Source: Lytechinus pictus
Taxonomy: Eukaryota
Direction of reading: 5' to 3'
DNA: 64,000 nucleotides
NCBI RefSeq assembly: GCF_037042905.1
Contig: NC_087247.1
Coordinates: forward strand, 1,550,001-1,614,000
The position numbers and the translations under genes are program-made. This document shows, one piece after another, positions 38,182-52,749 of the stretch. The notes under the pieces were generated by a model. That model was not told the DNA's origin and did no database searches. It saw nothing but the letters and a program-made list of their open reading frames with translations. Within the stretch, counting starts at the first letter, position 1. Each line of letters begins with the position of its first letter.

Positions 38182-41100
38182 TAGTATTTTGATAACTGCA
38201 TGCATCAGTTAGCCCTTGATACTCCAAATCACCAAAGAATTTGATCAATAAGTGATTTGCCGTTATATATTTAATTTCTTTTAAATGATGTAGATATATA
38301 AAAGTATACCTTAATAACAATACTCCCATGACTTTATTTTCGGCGAAAAAAAAATTGTCTGTATATTGGTTTGTTTCTGGATCGTTAGAACAATACAGAA
38401 GGTGACCACCTGTTAAATTTCGAAACTTGAAGTTTGTTTTCATTATTTGATCTCATCTAACGCTTGGATGAGAATCCATCTGTAGATATCTATATTTTTA
38501 CGATTGTTATTTTTCCTTATTATAAAAGGACATATTCGCCGATTAATATATTCATTTTATTTTTGACTATTAAAGTATAAATATTTACGCATAAAATTGA
38601 CATTATTTAATTAATATGTAGTATGAAATAATACAATTATTAGTATGTAACATGAAATAACGTGAAATAAATAGTGATGGTGGTGGTGGTTGTCGTCATG
38701 ATGGTTGTGCTGATGTTTATAAAGGTGATTGTTGCACCACAAATTGTCACCCCAGCACAAATTGTCACCCCGCGACAATTTGTGCAAAAATCGACACCAC
38801 ACATTGTCATCGCCTGCACAAATTGTCGCCTCGCCAAAATGTATGCTGCACGTGCCGGTCTAAATTTTTAAGCATATTGTGCCAATTATTTGTGTCCTCA
38901 AAAATAAACCTAGAACCTCAAATTGTCGCCCATTACGCAAATTCTCTCCGTGTGTGTTCGTCCTGATGTGTGTCATTGTTTGTGGTAAGGTTGTGTGCGT
39001 TGTGTTAGAGGTGAGTATTGTGTTGGGGTGTGTGTGTGTGTGGGGGTGTGTGTGTGAGGGGTGTGGTGTGCGTGTGTATTATTGTTATTATTATTATATA
39101 TTTATTTTTATTTCCATTTTTTTGGGGGGGTGGGTATATCCACTTGGTCTAGCAGAAGTAGTTGTTCAAACTTATCTGATCGTCTAAAACCATATGAGCT
39201 AAACCCATTTGCTCTAGTTTGGTCAATTTGGTCAATAATAATAATAATAGGCATTTATATAGCGCCATCTATTTAGAAATATTCTATTCCGAGGCGCACA
39301 AGAAAAGAAAGAAAGAAAGTTTGGATGAGTGTCAAAGTGCCAATAACTAATACTGTTAGAAAAGATAAGACTTCAGTTTAGATTTGAAGCTCTCCAGTGA
39401 TGGTATCATTCTTAAATATATGGGCAAATTATTCCAGAGAGAAGGTGCTGAGGCAGAGAAAGATGTATATAATGAGGCTAAACGGCCATTAGTCAAATCG
39501 GGTTTAGACCAACTGGCAATTTACCTTTGGGGGAGGCTAATAAAGAGAACAGAAGCAGAGCCTGGGGAAAATACGGTTTTTATCCACTTGGTCTAACAAC
39601 AGTTGGACGAATTCTCTGTTTATCTAATAACACATGGGCTTAACCCATTTGGTCTACTAATAATTTGGTCTAATTTGCAATTGGTCTAATTATATACTTG
39701 GTCTAATTCTCATTTGGTCTAATGACCAATTCGTCTAATAGCCAAATGGTCTAATTGCATTTTCGTTTAATGCCAAATGAAAAAAAAAAGGTATTGGAGA
39801 CGTCTCTGAGACGGATATGGTACTATTTTGAGACGGTTTTGAGATTCTCGAGACTAATAAAACGTCGCCAGAAGACGTCTCTGCGGCAAGTTTCAAAATC
39901 GTCTCAAAACCGTTTAAAAGTTGTCAAAATCCGTCTGAAACGTGAGATACCACTATCAGATTCACTCAAAGTGTTATCAATCAACTCACATACACACACC
40001 CTCACATCAAGATAAACATACACAGTTTCTTACGAACTGTACATGAACTATTTAGGATGTTTTTTTTTTGTGTGTTCATGGAGAGAAACAAGTTGTGTAA
40101 AGTGAAATGAGGGTGACAATTTGTGGTGTCCCCTCCTCCACAAATTGTCGCCTGAATTAGGCGACAATTTGTGAATCTTAGCCTTATAACAACCGTCTAC
40201 TATTACGGGAACATTTGATATGACATACGAATAGGATCAATATAGGTCGCAAGTAATAACTACATGTGTCCGGCTGAGACAAAGTTGTCGCCACGACAGT
40301 CTGCATGGGTGTCGAAAATGTCGACACTGTGGCCATTGGTGTGATGTCTTTCATTCTGATGTCCAATGTCGTTGAAAACATCGTAGCTACAAGGCTTCCA
40401 ATGGTTTAATGTGTTAAAGGTTACATCCACAAAGGAATCGAAATTTCCATTTTAACTGCGCCAGATATCACATAAGATATATTTATATACACAATAATAA
40501 TGCTGCAATGTTTAGATGTAATCTAAAAATATCAATCAAACATGTTTGCATTTAATATTGGTATCACCACCGGGAAACAATCATGTCAGTTGTAGTTAAT
40601 TTCATTTTAAGATCGTGATTTTCGCACCAGACGATAGAGAATATTAACCTAGGCCTATCATTTTTGTTTGTATCGAATAAACGTTTAATTAATGACACCT
40701 TCAGTGATCCATGATTTATTTCTGCCCTTACAATGTAAGCAGTTCCATACCAGCATTTTTGTGTGAATAATGGGATAAGACATTGATTATTTACACCTTA
40801 AAACTGTTGTCACCTGTCTCATCTGTCTCATCGATTAAGACAAGGGTTGGAGAGACAATCTAAAGATAATTGAAATTTTGATTTTACTCTTTTTTTTAAT
40901 ATACCAAAATATAGAGTCAATCTTGACATGGATTTTGATTCTTTTTCTTCTGTGTTATTATTGATTGGTTCGCCTGTTTTTGTTTATATTTTACACTCTA
41001 AGCAATGAGTTCGACCTTGCAATTTGAAAATGTGGAAACAAATGTGACTGTTCACCGTTACATTTTACATGCAATCTGATCAGAGAAACAAACTGCATTA

Positions 41101-43389
41101 TTTTATCAAAAGTACAACAATTTTTACCTGGATTGCAGCAAACGAATAATCCTATCTCATCGGTAATGTTTGCTCGTCGTGCACATGAAGATACAGACAT
41201 CGATCTCCGAATCGTTTTCGGAATGGTTTGAATAGACTGACCGTCGGGTGTATGTTTAATGGGACAGAGATTCATGTTGACGTCTGCTTCATCTACCCGT
41301 TTCAGTTTTCTCTGTAAAGTTTAATTGGTTTCGAACAAGTCTGGAAATTCGAACTTAGCGATGGTTGAACTGTTGCAACTGTTTGACGAGATTAAAAATA
41401 CGGAACTCATGCACTTTCAGGAAATTAGCCTCTTTTGGGGCCGCATTTAAATAGGCCTATAATTTATTTAAAGCTTCATATTTTTGTTAGAAGATCAATA
41501 TATAGGTGTTGATGTTATCTGCCAATTAGAGTTATGTGTATTTTATTTTATGTATCACCATTTCTGTCGTCGTCATTATCAACATCAACACCATGCACCT
41601 TTACGATGCACAACCATCATGACCATCATCATTACCATTAAACATCATCCTAACAAAAACTTGCACAGTTGTGCTTTGCATAGTATATAGTTTACAGGGA
41701 TTTAATCGATCATGTTCAATTGTAGCACTGGTTGGAGTCTTTAAGTTACACTTATTCGGGTTTTTTTTCTATTCTTGTGCGAGATCCATGAAGATGAAGA
41801 TTTGCAAATAAGGAGCACTTAATCTCACAAACAGATCTGTCAATTATAACATAAATGTCATAATTATTTAATTTCCGGTGGATTATCCTTTGTTGGGTAC
41901 GTTAAAAAAGTGCTACGTTTTCAGTTCACATACTTACATGTACTTGTTATCATGACAACCGTAATAGGCTAATTCGATTAAATAATTTCTTCATCGTTTG
42001 TGTGTTGAAGGCAGGATAGTATTCGGGTATTTAAAAGGAAGAATGGCATGAACGTCAAGTTTCATTGATCTTCTGTAAATGAAATGTTGAGAAATGAAAA
42101 TTGGTTATTAGTTATGGCGTTTGAAGTTTTCGCCATAGTAAACCAATCCAATCACATACATCATTACGATCACTGTTTTCAATTTTTTTTAAAGACAAAA
42201 TGGTATCTAAAATTCATGGCATTAATTCCTTGTAAGATTTTTCGTTCGAGAAGTGAACATAAGATATTTTGATCTAGATTATTTCAAAAATATTTTTGGA
42301 CGTCATACCAATTGAGCTTAAATCGTGCTTGCTAATGACATTATCAATACAAAATATTTATCTTCGCATCAAAATATTGCAACAGTAAACATACCTTAAT
42401 ATGAAAAAAAGGTTCATAATATACGATATCATCACTATTGTATAATTTACCCCGACTAGATGAAATAAATGTAGATTTATGTTAATAATTAAAGGAACAT
42501 ATGAAATGTGATGCATGGGCTAGACGGTTAGAGAAGGGCAACAAATGCCCCTCGAAAACGCAGCACCTGTTCATGAATTAAGCCTTCAAGGTAGCAAATA
42601 TCTACAGCATTCTTGTCTGACCTAGTATGCCATTGTGATTACATCAGGAACTAGTAGGTATTTTTGTTTTGGAATCTAGACCAAGATTACCGACTATATT
42701 ATCTTATAAGATACGACTTGAAATCGATATAACAATTATAATATCAAGAGCCATTGTGATATATAACCACAAACCAGATTTGAATTAAAGTATTAAGTGA
42801 TTCTAGAAAGAAACTCCTGCCAAAATATATGCTTTGGACAAATAAGTGGAAAACACTGTCTTGTCTTGACTTTTGAAATTAAAAAGACAATCATTTTAAA
42901 ACAATATTCATTTATGTTGATCCATTCGTTTTTAAAGAGTGAATCATTTCCAATTCTACATATATTTCCTAAGATAATGTGACATATAGAATACAGTAGA
43001 AATAGTCACTATAAAACAGCCTACTGCAGTCAAGTTTAACAACATGTATCAATGCCCTCTACCATTTCATCTGAATCAAGAATTCACCTCCTACAAATCT
43101 GAAGACTTGTACATTTCAAAAATTCAATAAATGATATTGTTTTAGGTTCTATTTTGAAGGCATCATTAAAGGAATTGGGGTGCGATGAAAATAAGTTGCC
43201 TCAGTTGTCACGGTTCCTTTTAGTTTAATAAGAATAGAATCGATAAACTGATAAAAAATGGATGATGATTTTGACATCTTTGACACGGAGGTGCGGATTC
43301 TTATATTTTTTTTTTTTTAATCCTCTTAATCGAGGTATTTATTCACAATAACATGTACATATATATACAAACATAAAAAAAAAAATAAA

Positions 43390-46300
43390 TCACTTCAATA
43401 ATGCAATAATTTTTTGAATATCACATTTTTTCAAAATTCCGAACTTGCTTTTTTGTTTACATAAACTTTCTAAATAAATAATCATAGTAAGCTTGAATTC
43501 AATCCATAAAGAATTCGCATCATATCTTTTTCCTTTAAATATGCTTTTTATGTAATTTCGATAAATAACAAATTGAGCAATAACACAAAATAAATTACAC
43601 ATAACATTGCTGGAACTTTGCAGATCATAACCTATGATTAATGTTTTTTCATCTATAGAAATAGTAATCTTGAAAATATGAAATACCAACCTTTCTATAA
43701 TTTTCCAAAAAAATCGAACATATTTACAATACAGTATGAAATGAAAAGTGGTATCAACTTCTCCGCAAATGTTACATGAGTTGTTTTCTACTACATGCCA
43801 CTTAAATAAATTGTCTCTTGAGGGTAAAATCTTGTTCAAAAATTTAAAACTAAATTGTCTAATTCTATTATCCACAATTAAATGCAACTTAAAATAAAAT
43901 ACATGGTTCCAACTAAAGGAAACTGATAATGAAAAAAGATTAGACCAAAAAGAAACAATGCCTGGTTTTTCCGATACCTCCGAACATAATAAAGAATATA
44001 TCTTTCTTGTTGGTAAATAATCTAGAGTTATTTGTTCTCCACTTTTTAATGAAATTACGATTCGTTCACTTTTTTTTTATTTGAGTGGATAATTTTCCTT
44101 AAACAACTTATTCAACCAATAAACAGGAAAAGACTTTTTTAATTTAGCATATTCTAAATCAAATAAAAGCTGAGAAGAATAGACAGATTTATTTAAAATA
44201 TTTGGTGCTAACCACTGACGATTTCTTATAACATATTTTACCCTAATTATACCTGCATGCTTCCATTTCTCAAATACCAACATACGTTTATTAAAAGTAA
44301 TATTGCTGTTATTCCAAATGATTTCATTTTCAATGTTTTTTACTCCAAATATACCAATATATCTGAACTTAGACCAGCTACAAAAAAATCATGGTAAAAA
44401 CTAGGTATATTTGCTTTTGTACAAAGAAAATTCATATCTTTTGTTGATATATTGTATTCAAAACATAAAGGAATTTCACCAATCTTTGATAACCAATAAT
44501 TAAAAAGAAATTTCCAACTACGTTCGCCTTGCTCTAACAACTTGCTTATCCACGAAATCTTAAGCGATTCAATTTTCGATTCCAAGTGGACCATACCAAG
44601 ACCACCTTCGTTTGTTTTATTTATACAAACATTTCTTTTAACCTTTTCTTTTGAAGAATTCCAAATAAAAGTATGTAACATTTTATTTAGAGATTTTATT
44701 ACTTTCTGGGGAACTCTAATCACTTTTGCAGGATACACAATTTGAGACACCAACAAAGTTTTGATGATAATAATTTTTCCGAAAAATGTTAGATTTCTTA
44801 GTTTCCATACTCTAATAATATTTTGTATCTTATCTAGTTTATTTTGCCAATTATAATCTTCAACATCTTTCTCATTTTTCCCAACATATATACCTAAATA
44901 TTTTATCGGTTCCTCAGTACATTCTATTTGTCCGGGGACAATATCAATATTAAGCTTCAGCAGCTTGGTTTTTTGCAAATTAATCCTTGGCCCAGCATTT
45001 GAACCAAATAGTATTAATTCTTCCATCAAAATAGAAAGAGAATTTTTATTTTTCATAAATATAGTTGTATCATCTGCAAATTGGGATATTTTTACTTCTA
45101 CTTGATCATCATTCATCTGCGAAATAGGTAAACGGAGACCTTCAATTTTATGATTCTGTTTAATTTTCGTCGCCAAAACTTCTGCAACAATAATAAAAAG
45201 TAGTGATGAGAGGGGGCACCCCTGCCTTACACCTCTTTTAATTTGAAAAGTTTCAGAGATCCAGCCATGATTTAACACACGGCCTTTTGCGTTATTATAC
45301 ATCGATTGAATCCACCGAATGAATGAATTTCCAAAATTTAATCTTTTTAAAAGGTAAAATAGAAAATTATGACTTATGTTGTCATAGGCTTTTTCAAAAT
45401 CCAGAAACATAATTATGCCCGGGGCTTTTATGCCCTGATAATAATCAATTATATCTTGCACCAGACGTATATTTTCGGCTGAAGACCTTTCTCTAATAAA
45501 ACCACTTTGATCGGGAGATACAATGCTCGTTATTACATTTTGTAGTCGTTTGGCAAGAACTTGTGCAAGAATTTTGTAATCAACATTTAGGATTGATATT
45601 GGTCTCCAGTTATGAATGATATTTTTATTTCCTTTTTTAAACAATAACGCCAACATGGCCATGTTTTGACTTGGAGATAATTGCTGCTTTCTATGTCCTT
45701 CATTTAAACTGTTCATTAGCATTTCTTTTAGCTTGCTCCAAAAGCATTTATAAAACTCGACTGTGAGGCCGTCGCTACCTGGTGATTTATTATTCTGCAT
45801 TCTTGACAGAGCCTCAGCACATTCCTTTTCGGTTATATCACCTTCACAACTCGATGCTTCATTATCATTTAGGATTTGTATATTTGTATGAAATAGATAT
45901 TTTTCGTACTCCAAATCACTAATAGAATTAAGGTTTTTATATAAATCATCATAATATTTACGTAATCTCTGTAATATTTTCACCTTATCGGTGATGGTTT
46001 TACCGTTGTGTTCTAGGCAATCAACTTCTTTCTTTTTTCCGTTTCTTTTTTCAAGGCCAAGAAAGTACTTTGTTGATTTTTCACCTTCCTCCATCCACTT
46101 CTCTCTCGATCTTATATAAGCTCCTTTACATTTATAATTATACAAATCATCGATATCTTTCCTTATTTTATTGATTTCTTCGACATTTCTATCATTAGGA
46201 CTACTGTCTATTTCTTTGTTCAATAAAAAATATTGCTTTTCCAATTGAACAAGTTTTTCTCTCTTTTTTCGTTGTACATCTATAGCATATTTAATTGTAT

Positions 46301-47192
46301 ATTCTTTTATTCTAACTTTACACATTTCCCACTTTCCTTGAGCATCAAGGTTCTCATATTTCAATTTACATTTATATATTACATTTCCGATATTCAACCT
46401 ATATATATCATCTTTAAGTAGGTCACTATTAAATTTCCAGTAACCCCGTCCTCGCACGTCGTTAAAAAGTTTTAATTTCAATGAAATAGCATTGTGGTCA
46501 CAATTGAGACATGGTCTGATATCCGTAGAGAGAACATATTGGCTAAGGTCTCTTGAAATTAGCCAATAATCCAAACGAGAAAATAAATTGGGGGAATTTT
46601 GCCTCCATGTATATTGCTTACATGCTGGATATAACTTTCTCCAGATATCTAACAATAAGTATTGTTTTTTTAGCTTTAAGATATAATCCTCTGCACCATA
46701 TGTATATAAAATTCCTTGTGTGTCTATTCTTTTGTTTTGAGCATAATTCCAATCTCCACCAAAAATCATTTTCTCATTTGGATTTACAACGTTTTTAATC
46801 CAACTCGTAAAATTTTTATAAAATGAACCTTTATCAGATCGTTTGGTGGGTGCATAAATGTTAATACAATTAAAACATTCACCTTGACATGTGAAAGACA
46901 AATTTAGTATTCTACCATCTCCTTTAGCTTTGCTACATATGTTTTCAATATGAAGCTTATTTTTAATCAGAACTGCAACCCCTTTCGAATGGTTCGTTCC
47001 ATGATTAAAATAACATTGGCCTTTCCATTCATTTCTAATTTTAGGTTCTAGATCACTTGTCCAGTACGTTTCTTGTAAAAACACGATATCACTTTTCTGT
47101 TGATTTAACCAAAGAAAAATCTTACTTCGCTTCAGATGATCCCGAAGCCCTCAAACATTCAAGGATATAAAGTGCACTGAAGCACCGATCAT
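43390..47192 (-). pseudogene. LINE ORF2 (APE endonuclease, reverse transcriptase, C-terminal CCHC), disrupted
   Basis: Motifs SLNV*GL, FLQET, GGDWN, SRLDYW, KSPGSDG, GVRQGCPLS, QFADD, YLGI, CxxC..H..C. TGA at 47151-47153, frameshift near 44385, in-frame TAA at 44077-44079. Confidence 0.9.
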
Positions 47193-47239
47193 TAAAAGTA
47201 GAGAATAAGATCAACTTTGTCTAGGAACGTATTCGAAGT

Positions 47240-48370
47240 TTATTTGATTTTATTTGATCCTTTTCGCCTTCTTTTTGCGGGTTTTTTACCTTTCGAAACA
47301 GCCTTTGGAACTTCAGATGAAGATGATGTTGAAGGTGAGCCAACTTCGCTTTCGCTGCTGCTCACTTGAGCTTCTAAGTCCTTGTTCAACTGCCTTCTCT
47401 GTAGTCGCTGCTCTCGGTTGTTGGAGATCGCTCCGTCTGACGCGTACGATGTCTGACGATTTGCAGCTTTACGAGGAGGAAGTGAAGATGTACTCGCGCC
47501 ACTACGATCACTTTGCTGTGGTTTCGTCAGGAAATCCGCGAGGCTCGTTTGACGTTTCGCTTCTTGATGACTCGAAGAAGACTCTTTGTGTTGAGTGGTC
47601 GCTTCAGGGTCGGGAGCACACGCTGTATCCATGGTATCAGTAGATGCCGCTATATTACGTAACACATCAGCACTTTCGTTGCCAGGGCAGGCACTTTTCA
47701 TGTGCCCAAACTTGCTGCACCTTAGGCACTTTACTTCATTAATACAGGTGGATGCATGGTGACCAACTTCTAAGCATATCGAGCATTTCACCTGACCCCT
47801 GCTGAATTGCTGTGGTTGGCCATCATGGTAAACTCTACCGGTGAACAGGTTACCGAAACTCATCTTTCTTGGGAGTGGGTGGGTTGGAGGGGTGATGAAG
47901 ATGACCCTATCCCCATTTAAACAATTGGTCAGCTGACCGTTGACCCGCAACCTCTGCCGATGAATATTTCCTTTTATTTCTTGCTTTCGTGCCAAGATCT
48001 CTCCTCTGATGACGTCATCACTTAAAGAAAGGGGGATATCTTTCACTACAACCCTGGTAAGATGCTTATCCCTCGCCTTTGTAAAAGGATTGACGTCATG
48101 GATAGCAACAAAGGATCCACGTAGATCAAGGCCGTTTGAAATCAATGAAACTCTAACCTCGGATGAGATTAGGTAAATTCTCCATAGGTGTCGAATTTCT
48201 TGAATACCTGAGATATTCTCAGGGTCAACGACCTTTATGATACTCTTGTAAAGTTCCTCTCCTGAAAGTGGTTTCTTGTCTACGTTACGGATGTCGGTAG
48301 AACGTAGAAATACGGGTTTGGGACCTTGCGGAAGAAATGAAGGGAGTGGCGTAGCTTTCTCCGCAAACAT
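47240..48370 (-). CDS. LINE ORF1, gag-like with two CCHC zinc knuckles
   Basis: CSICLEVGHHASTC and CLRCSKFGHMKSAC motifs; likely ATG at 48370 (MFAEK), frame open to 48472. Confidence 0.85.
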   Translation of the reverse strand: MFAEKATPLPSFLPQGPKPVFLRSTDIRNVDKKPLSGEELYKSIIKVVDPENISGIQEIRHLWRIYLISSEVRVSLISNGLDLRGSFVAIHDVNPFTKARDKHLTRVVVKDIPLSLSDDVIRGEILARKQEIKGNIHRQRLRVNGQLTNCLNGDRVIFITPPTHPLPRKMSFGNLFTGRVYHDGQPQQFSRGQVKCSICLEVGHHASTCINEVKCLRCSKFGHMKSACPGNESADVLRNIAASTDTMDTACAPDPEATTQHKESSSSHQEAKRQTSLADFLTKPQQSDRSGASTSSLPPRKAANRQTSYASDGAISNNREQRLQRRQLNKDLEAQVSSSESEVGSPSTSSSSEVPKAVSKGKKPAKRRRKGSNKIK

Positions 48371-50190
48371 CTCGGAAACGGGACAATAATCCAAATTATA
48401 CTCACGATGTAAATGTCCTATGATATTCCTTTGTAAAAGTCCTTCAATATGAGAGAAAAATAATAATAGCAAAAGTCGATTTCCAAAGATTTAAGTTCGA
48501 ATTGAACGGAGGAGAGCAGAGAGGCGTCGTAACACCTCAAAAGCGCCCTCTCAAAAACGGATTCTTATATCATTCACTATTTGTTCTGTATTGTCGGTTG
48601 CCTTCACTCTATGAAATGTGCACTCATTTTTGTAGTTGAAATTTTATGATCAAAGCACATTGTATGCGCCTAATGTCTTTAAATAGGACCATGAGTATTC
48701 ACTATCCGAATCAATGTAACTCTTTATACCTTGATCAGAGTTTTATTGGGGCAGGGTTTTTTAAATAAATAATATGCAGTTTTTGTCAAAACATTATTTT
48801 TGAAAAAAAAAATTAAATGAATTAGGGAGATGTACAGCTCCTCCTTTATTCATCACTGCAGACCTCACCCCCCAAAACAATCATTACAAGAGTAACTTCT
48901 TAATTCCAGCGAGTCCGGCGAGATAAAAACAATGGTCATTACGAAAATGCCAGCCAAACCGAAAGTGAAGATTATTTCTCACAAACCCCAAAACAAACTA
49001 TCACTTTAACCAGGAAACTCATCTTATCTTTGTGATTAATATTTCATTATGCCTTTCCATGGCAAGCATTAATTCAATTATGTATTGATCATTTTATTAC
49101 TTAGATATTGATACGATTAGCAATTTGACACAGAGTAGGTATAATGCCGTAGTCAATGAATGTTGTTTCGCTTTCAATTCCATTCAATTCATTTATTTTC
49201 CAAACTCAGAGTAAAATGCTTTTAACAATCATTAGCTAAATCGACAGGACTCCACAGAAAAGTCAAGCTCTTAAGGTAATGGCTTCGTGCAAAGAATATC
49301 AAATAAAAGTTATAAAATTGATTATGCACACAACATCATCATTATACACACACACACACTTACATTCTGCCGAAATATTGAGAGTGAGAAAAGAGGAAGC
49401 GATTAAAAAGTGGGAGAAAGGAGAAGTGAGAAAGGGGGAAGAGAGAGAGAGGAGGAAACGATAAGACTTGAAAGTTGGAAGTCATCACTGCACAACTACA
49501 GCTTGTGTAAAAACATTAAGGTGGCACTCTAAATTTCGTTAGATTCAAACTGATTTCTACATTAATTGTAAGGTAAGGAATTCCAGGTTTATTTTCCGCA
49601 CATTTTTTTTTTCATGAATCATAATTATATTTCTCTTGTTGAAATAAAATCTTTCCGCCACATACTTGAAAATTCACGCATTCTCGAGTGCATTTGACGG
49701 TTGAATTAAGAGCATTTTAATGGGGCTGTAGATTATTTTGTATCAGGTTTTGTGAAAAGAAATAGAGATTAAGTTTTAACCAATTTAAAAGTATTTTCAA
49801 ATTTCTGACCGGTTTGACCTCCGGAAAACTCATTTAAAGGTCATATAACATCTATAGAAAAATATGTTGAAAATAGTCTAGTGCATTGATACCTAAAAGT
49901 TATGAAGGAGGCTGAGGTTCTGCCATATATGCCTATATTCTGAAAGCTCGTTTAACCACTACTTTGTGAAGAGAGAACACGCATGTCCATGGACAAAATA
50001 ATGAACTGTTGTGCAAATTTTATTCAATGTTTTACGCAAATTTATCAATCAAACATGCACTGTAGCCTAATGACTATTCATACAACAAGCAAGCATGGTC
50101 ACAGTCATTTTTACCCAATCTTGGGTCAATTTTGCTCAACGATTAGAGGTGTTTTCCGTTTACATGCAGAATCACTTGATCCACATAAAA

Positions 50191-50294
50191 ATGTATTATC
50201 TCTGGTTTACCGGTGTTCTCCTGCTGACGTTATTCACCATCCCTTTCTCATTGGAAGACGATGGTATCTGCGAGCACGGCGAGGAGGTAAGAAG
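50191..50294 (+). CDS. Gene D first coding exon: signal peptide plus first EMI Cys (MYYLWFTGVLLLTLFTIPFSLEDDGICEHGEEVR)
   Basis: Acceptor tgcag ending at 50169; aaaATG start; gtaagc donor, phase 2; WFTGVLL shared with gene C. Confidence 0.85.
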
Positions 50295-50540
50295 GTAAGC
50301 AAAAAAAAAGTTCTCCTCTTTAAAGTTGCTTGGATCAATGTCTGTTTTTAATTAAATTTTATCCTTATTATATCACAAACCTCAAAGCAAATAGTCATTA
50401 CCAGTAGTTAAAAAATAGACTCATGAATCGAGAAGCGCTGATCTTGTTTTTCACCAATTCCCCATTTTGTATTCCTTTAAACATACATATGAAGGGAACA
50501 TTAAATCGTTTTATACGTTTGTTTATTTTTGTTGCTTTAG

Positions 50541-50633
50541 CGAGAAACAGACGATTAGCGCGAGAGTAGCACACTACCGGAGGTACCTTACCTACAGCCG
50601 CTGTTGGATATTGTTTACATGCACGAAATACAG
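50541..50633 (+). CDS. Gene D central EMI exon (SEKQTISARVAHYRRYLTYSRCWILFTCTKYR)
   Basis: ctttag acceptor and gtaaat donor; 93 nt, phase 2-2. Confidence 0.87.
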
Positions 50634-50794
50634 GTAAATGTTTTAACCAACCCCATAGTTAAAATACGAAACAATCAATTGTTCCCTTTTCTTTTCCTTT
50701 TTTTTATCCTAGTACAGCATGCATGAAAGTTTGGTTAAAAGCAAAGTTGGTTGAAAAAAATATGAGAGTAAACGCTTCGAAGACTTGGCAAAAA

Positions 50795-52749
50795 CAGGGG
50801 CGTAACAGGGGTAGATGGCCGGGGGTGGTGGCAAGAGAAAAAAAAAATCCCGGTCATATCATGGTATGAGGATTTTTTAACAAATTTGCCCGAGCATTAG
50901 GGCGAAGCTTATGCATGATAAGTACAAAAAGGAGGGGCACAGCATGGCGCGCACAACAAAAAGTTGCTTGATTTTAGTCCCGAGCAAGCGAAGCAAGCGA
51001 GAAAAAAAAATATTTTCATGAGAATGTAACTTTGAGATTGATTTTCAGAAAGCAACATATCTTACATTTTCTTTCCATTTATTTCACCTTTTCGTTTTTT
51101 TTCCTCGGTTTTATAAATTTTGATGGCCAGTGCTATGCGGATCGGATCCGGGGCAGTGGCGGCAAGTTTTAATCTAGGGGAGGCAAACAAATATTTGGGG
51201 GCAACACACACAATTTTTGCCTATTACACAAACACGAGCGAGAAGTGCGAGCTATTTTTTTTTTTTAATGCAGGCCCTACTGACTTGAAAATGGACCTGT
51301 TAATGACTAGCTGTTTGCAGTGGGTCATGAAGATGATATCTCACCAAATAGATAATGCGAGCTGAAATTTTTGGATATCCTGAGATGATAACTCGACCGT
51401 TCTAAGCACTTTTTTAATCATAAACTGGAAGGCTATCTAACTAAACAACTGATGCGAGCGCGTAGCGCGAGCTGAAAATTTTGTATTAATGAAAACGCAG
51501 GATGTGTATCTCGCTAAAACGAATAATGAAAACTCTTATCGCGAGAACCATATTTAAGCCCCGTGTGAACAGATAATTTACTTATCTCAGGCAAAAGTTA
51601 CTGCGAGTGCGAGCGAAATTTTGAATTTTATATAATGACCTGAAAGATTTATGTTAGTGACTAAAATTCTGTGAGCTAAGAGCGAATGTATGAGAACATT
51701 TTCAAAATTTAAAGAACGAAAAAGCTGTTTTGGAGCAATTTGCTGCTTTAGTAGCATGCTTATTAAAACATGGCTATACATTTTTACATTTTCAAAATTT
51801 TGCATGGGGGGGGGGGCAAATGCCTCCCATTCATCCCCCTTGTTGCCGTCAGTGGTCCGGGGCGGAACCCTCGGAACCTCGTGATGGTTTTAAACATTTT
51901 AGATGGCCACTTCTTTATAAAATCGCGGGTACATATACCACATAATAATTTCAACGCAGTTGCGGATAATAAACGCAGTATTGTGAAGCAGCACAACATA
52001 ATTTAGCAAATGTAAACTTTGTAAATAGTCGCCGGCGAGCGAAGTGAGCGGGAAAATTTGGCCTTTTTAAATCATTTTGATATCAAATTCTAATGTGATA
52101 GTAGCTTTGGAAATGTAGCCAAAGTAAACATAAAGTGGCTTTTACAGTAAATCTAACAAGCGTAAAGCTTTACTTAGGCTAGAACATATTATAAGGGGAT
52201 ATAACTAGCCCTTGGCTAAGGATTTTGTTCGTCCTGATTACGACCATCGTTGCGTAAATTCACCAAGCTTATAATAGACGCCATTCACCTTTCTTCCCGT
52301 TCTTTATATTTTTCGATCCTCGGCAGCCCGGTCGTAAGTTCTTTTATTTGTTTCCCCTTTTCTTCATATTTTGATTTTCTGATTTTCCAATTAAGCTTTT
52401 GGCACTTTCTTCATTTCCTGTTTCTTTTTTAATCTCTCCCATTTCCCCGCCATTCCTGCCCGTGCCATATTGAAAATCTTTTTTTTAATTTTATATCCCT
52501 CTCTTGGTTAAAGTGATAAATAGTATTTCAGGATATTTTGTACTTTCTCACATGTTTTTCTTTGCTTTCCTTTCCCGCTTTCCTTCCGTTTTCCCTATTT
52601 ATGTTCTTTCCTTTTTTTTCTCTTTTTTCATTCCCTTTCTCTCTTACTCCCTTTTCTCAACTTCCCGTGTTTTTATTTTCCCGGAGAAATCCGCCGGGGG
52701 GGGGGGCAACTTGCCCCCCTCCCCTTGCCCCCCGTTTGTTACGCCACTG
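50795..52749. mobile_element. hAT-like non-autonomous element in a gene D intron, containing a nested hAT-like MITE at 51154-51854
   Basis: Outer TIR caggggcgtaaca / tgttacgccactg with ggcaaaaa / ggcaaagg flanks; inner TIR cagtggcggcaa / ttgccgtcagtg with atccgggg / gtccgggg 8-bp flanks. Confidence 0.65.

Larger units (their letters stand above)
43307..48557 (-). mobile_element. Full-length Tx1/L1-clade non-LTR retrotransposon
   Basis: ORF1 plus ORF2; poly(A) tail seen as a T run at about 43306-43318; 13-bp TSD cggattcttatat at 43294-43306 and 48558-48570. Confidence 0.93.

Noticed and set aside
38611-39276. His-, Val- or Cys-rich short ORFs
   Set aside because: They are translations of microsatellite and low-complexity DNA (gtg, gat, tg, tat repeats).
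49470-49580. Possible 5' exon of gene D (ggaagtca ... gtaagg)
   Set aside because: The other B/C conserved blocks are missing, and the minus strand reads like a decayed LINE 3' end (WNSLP-like).
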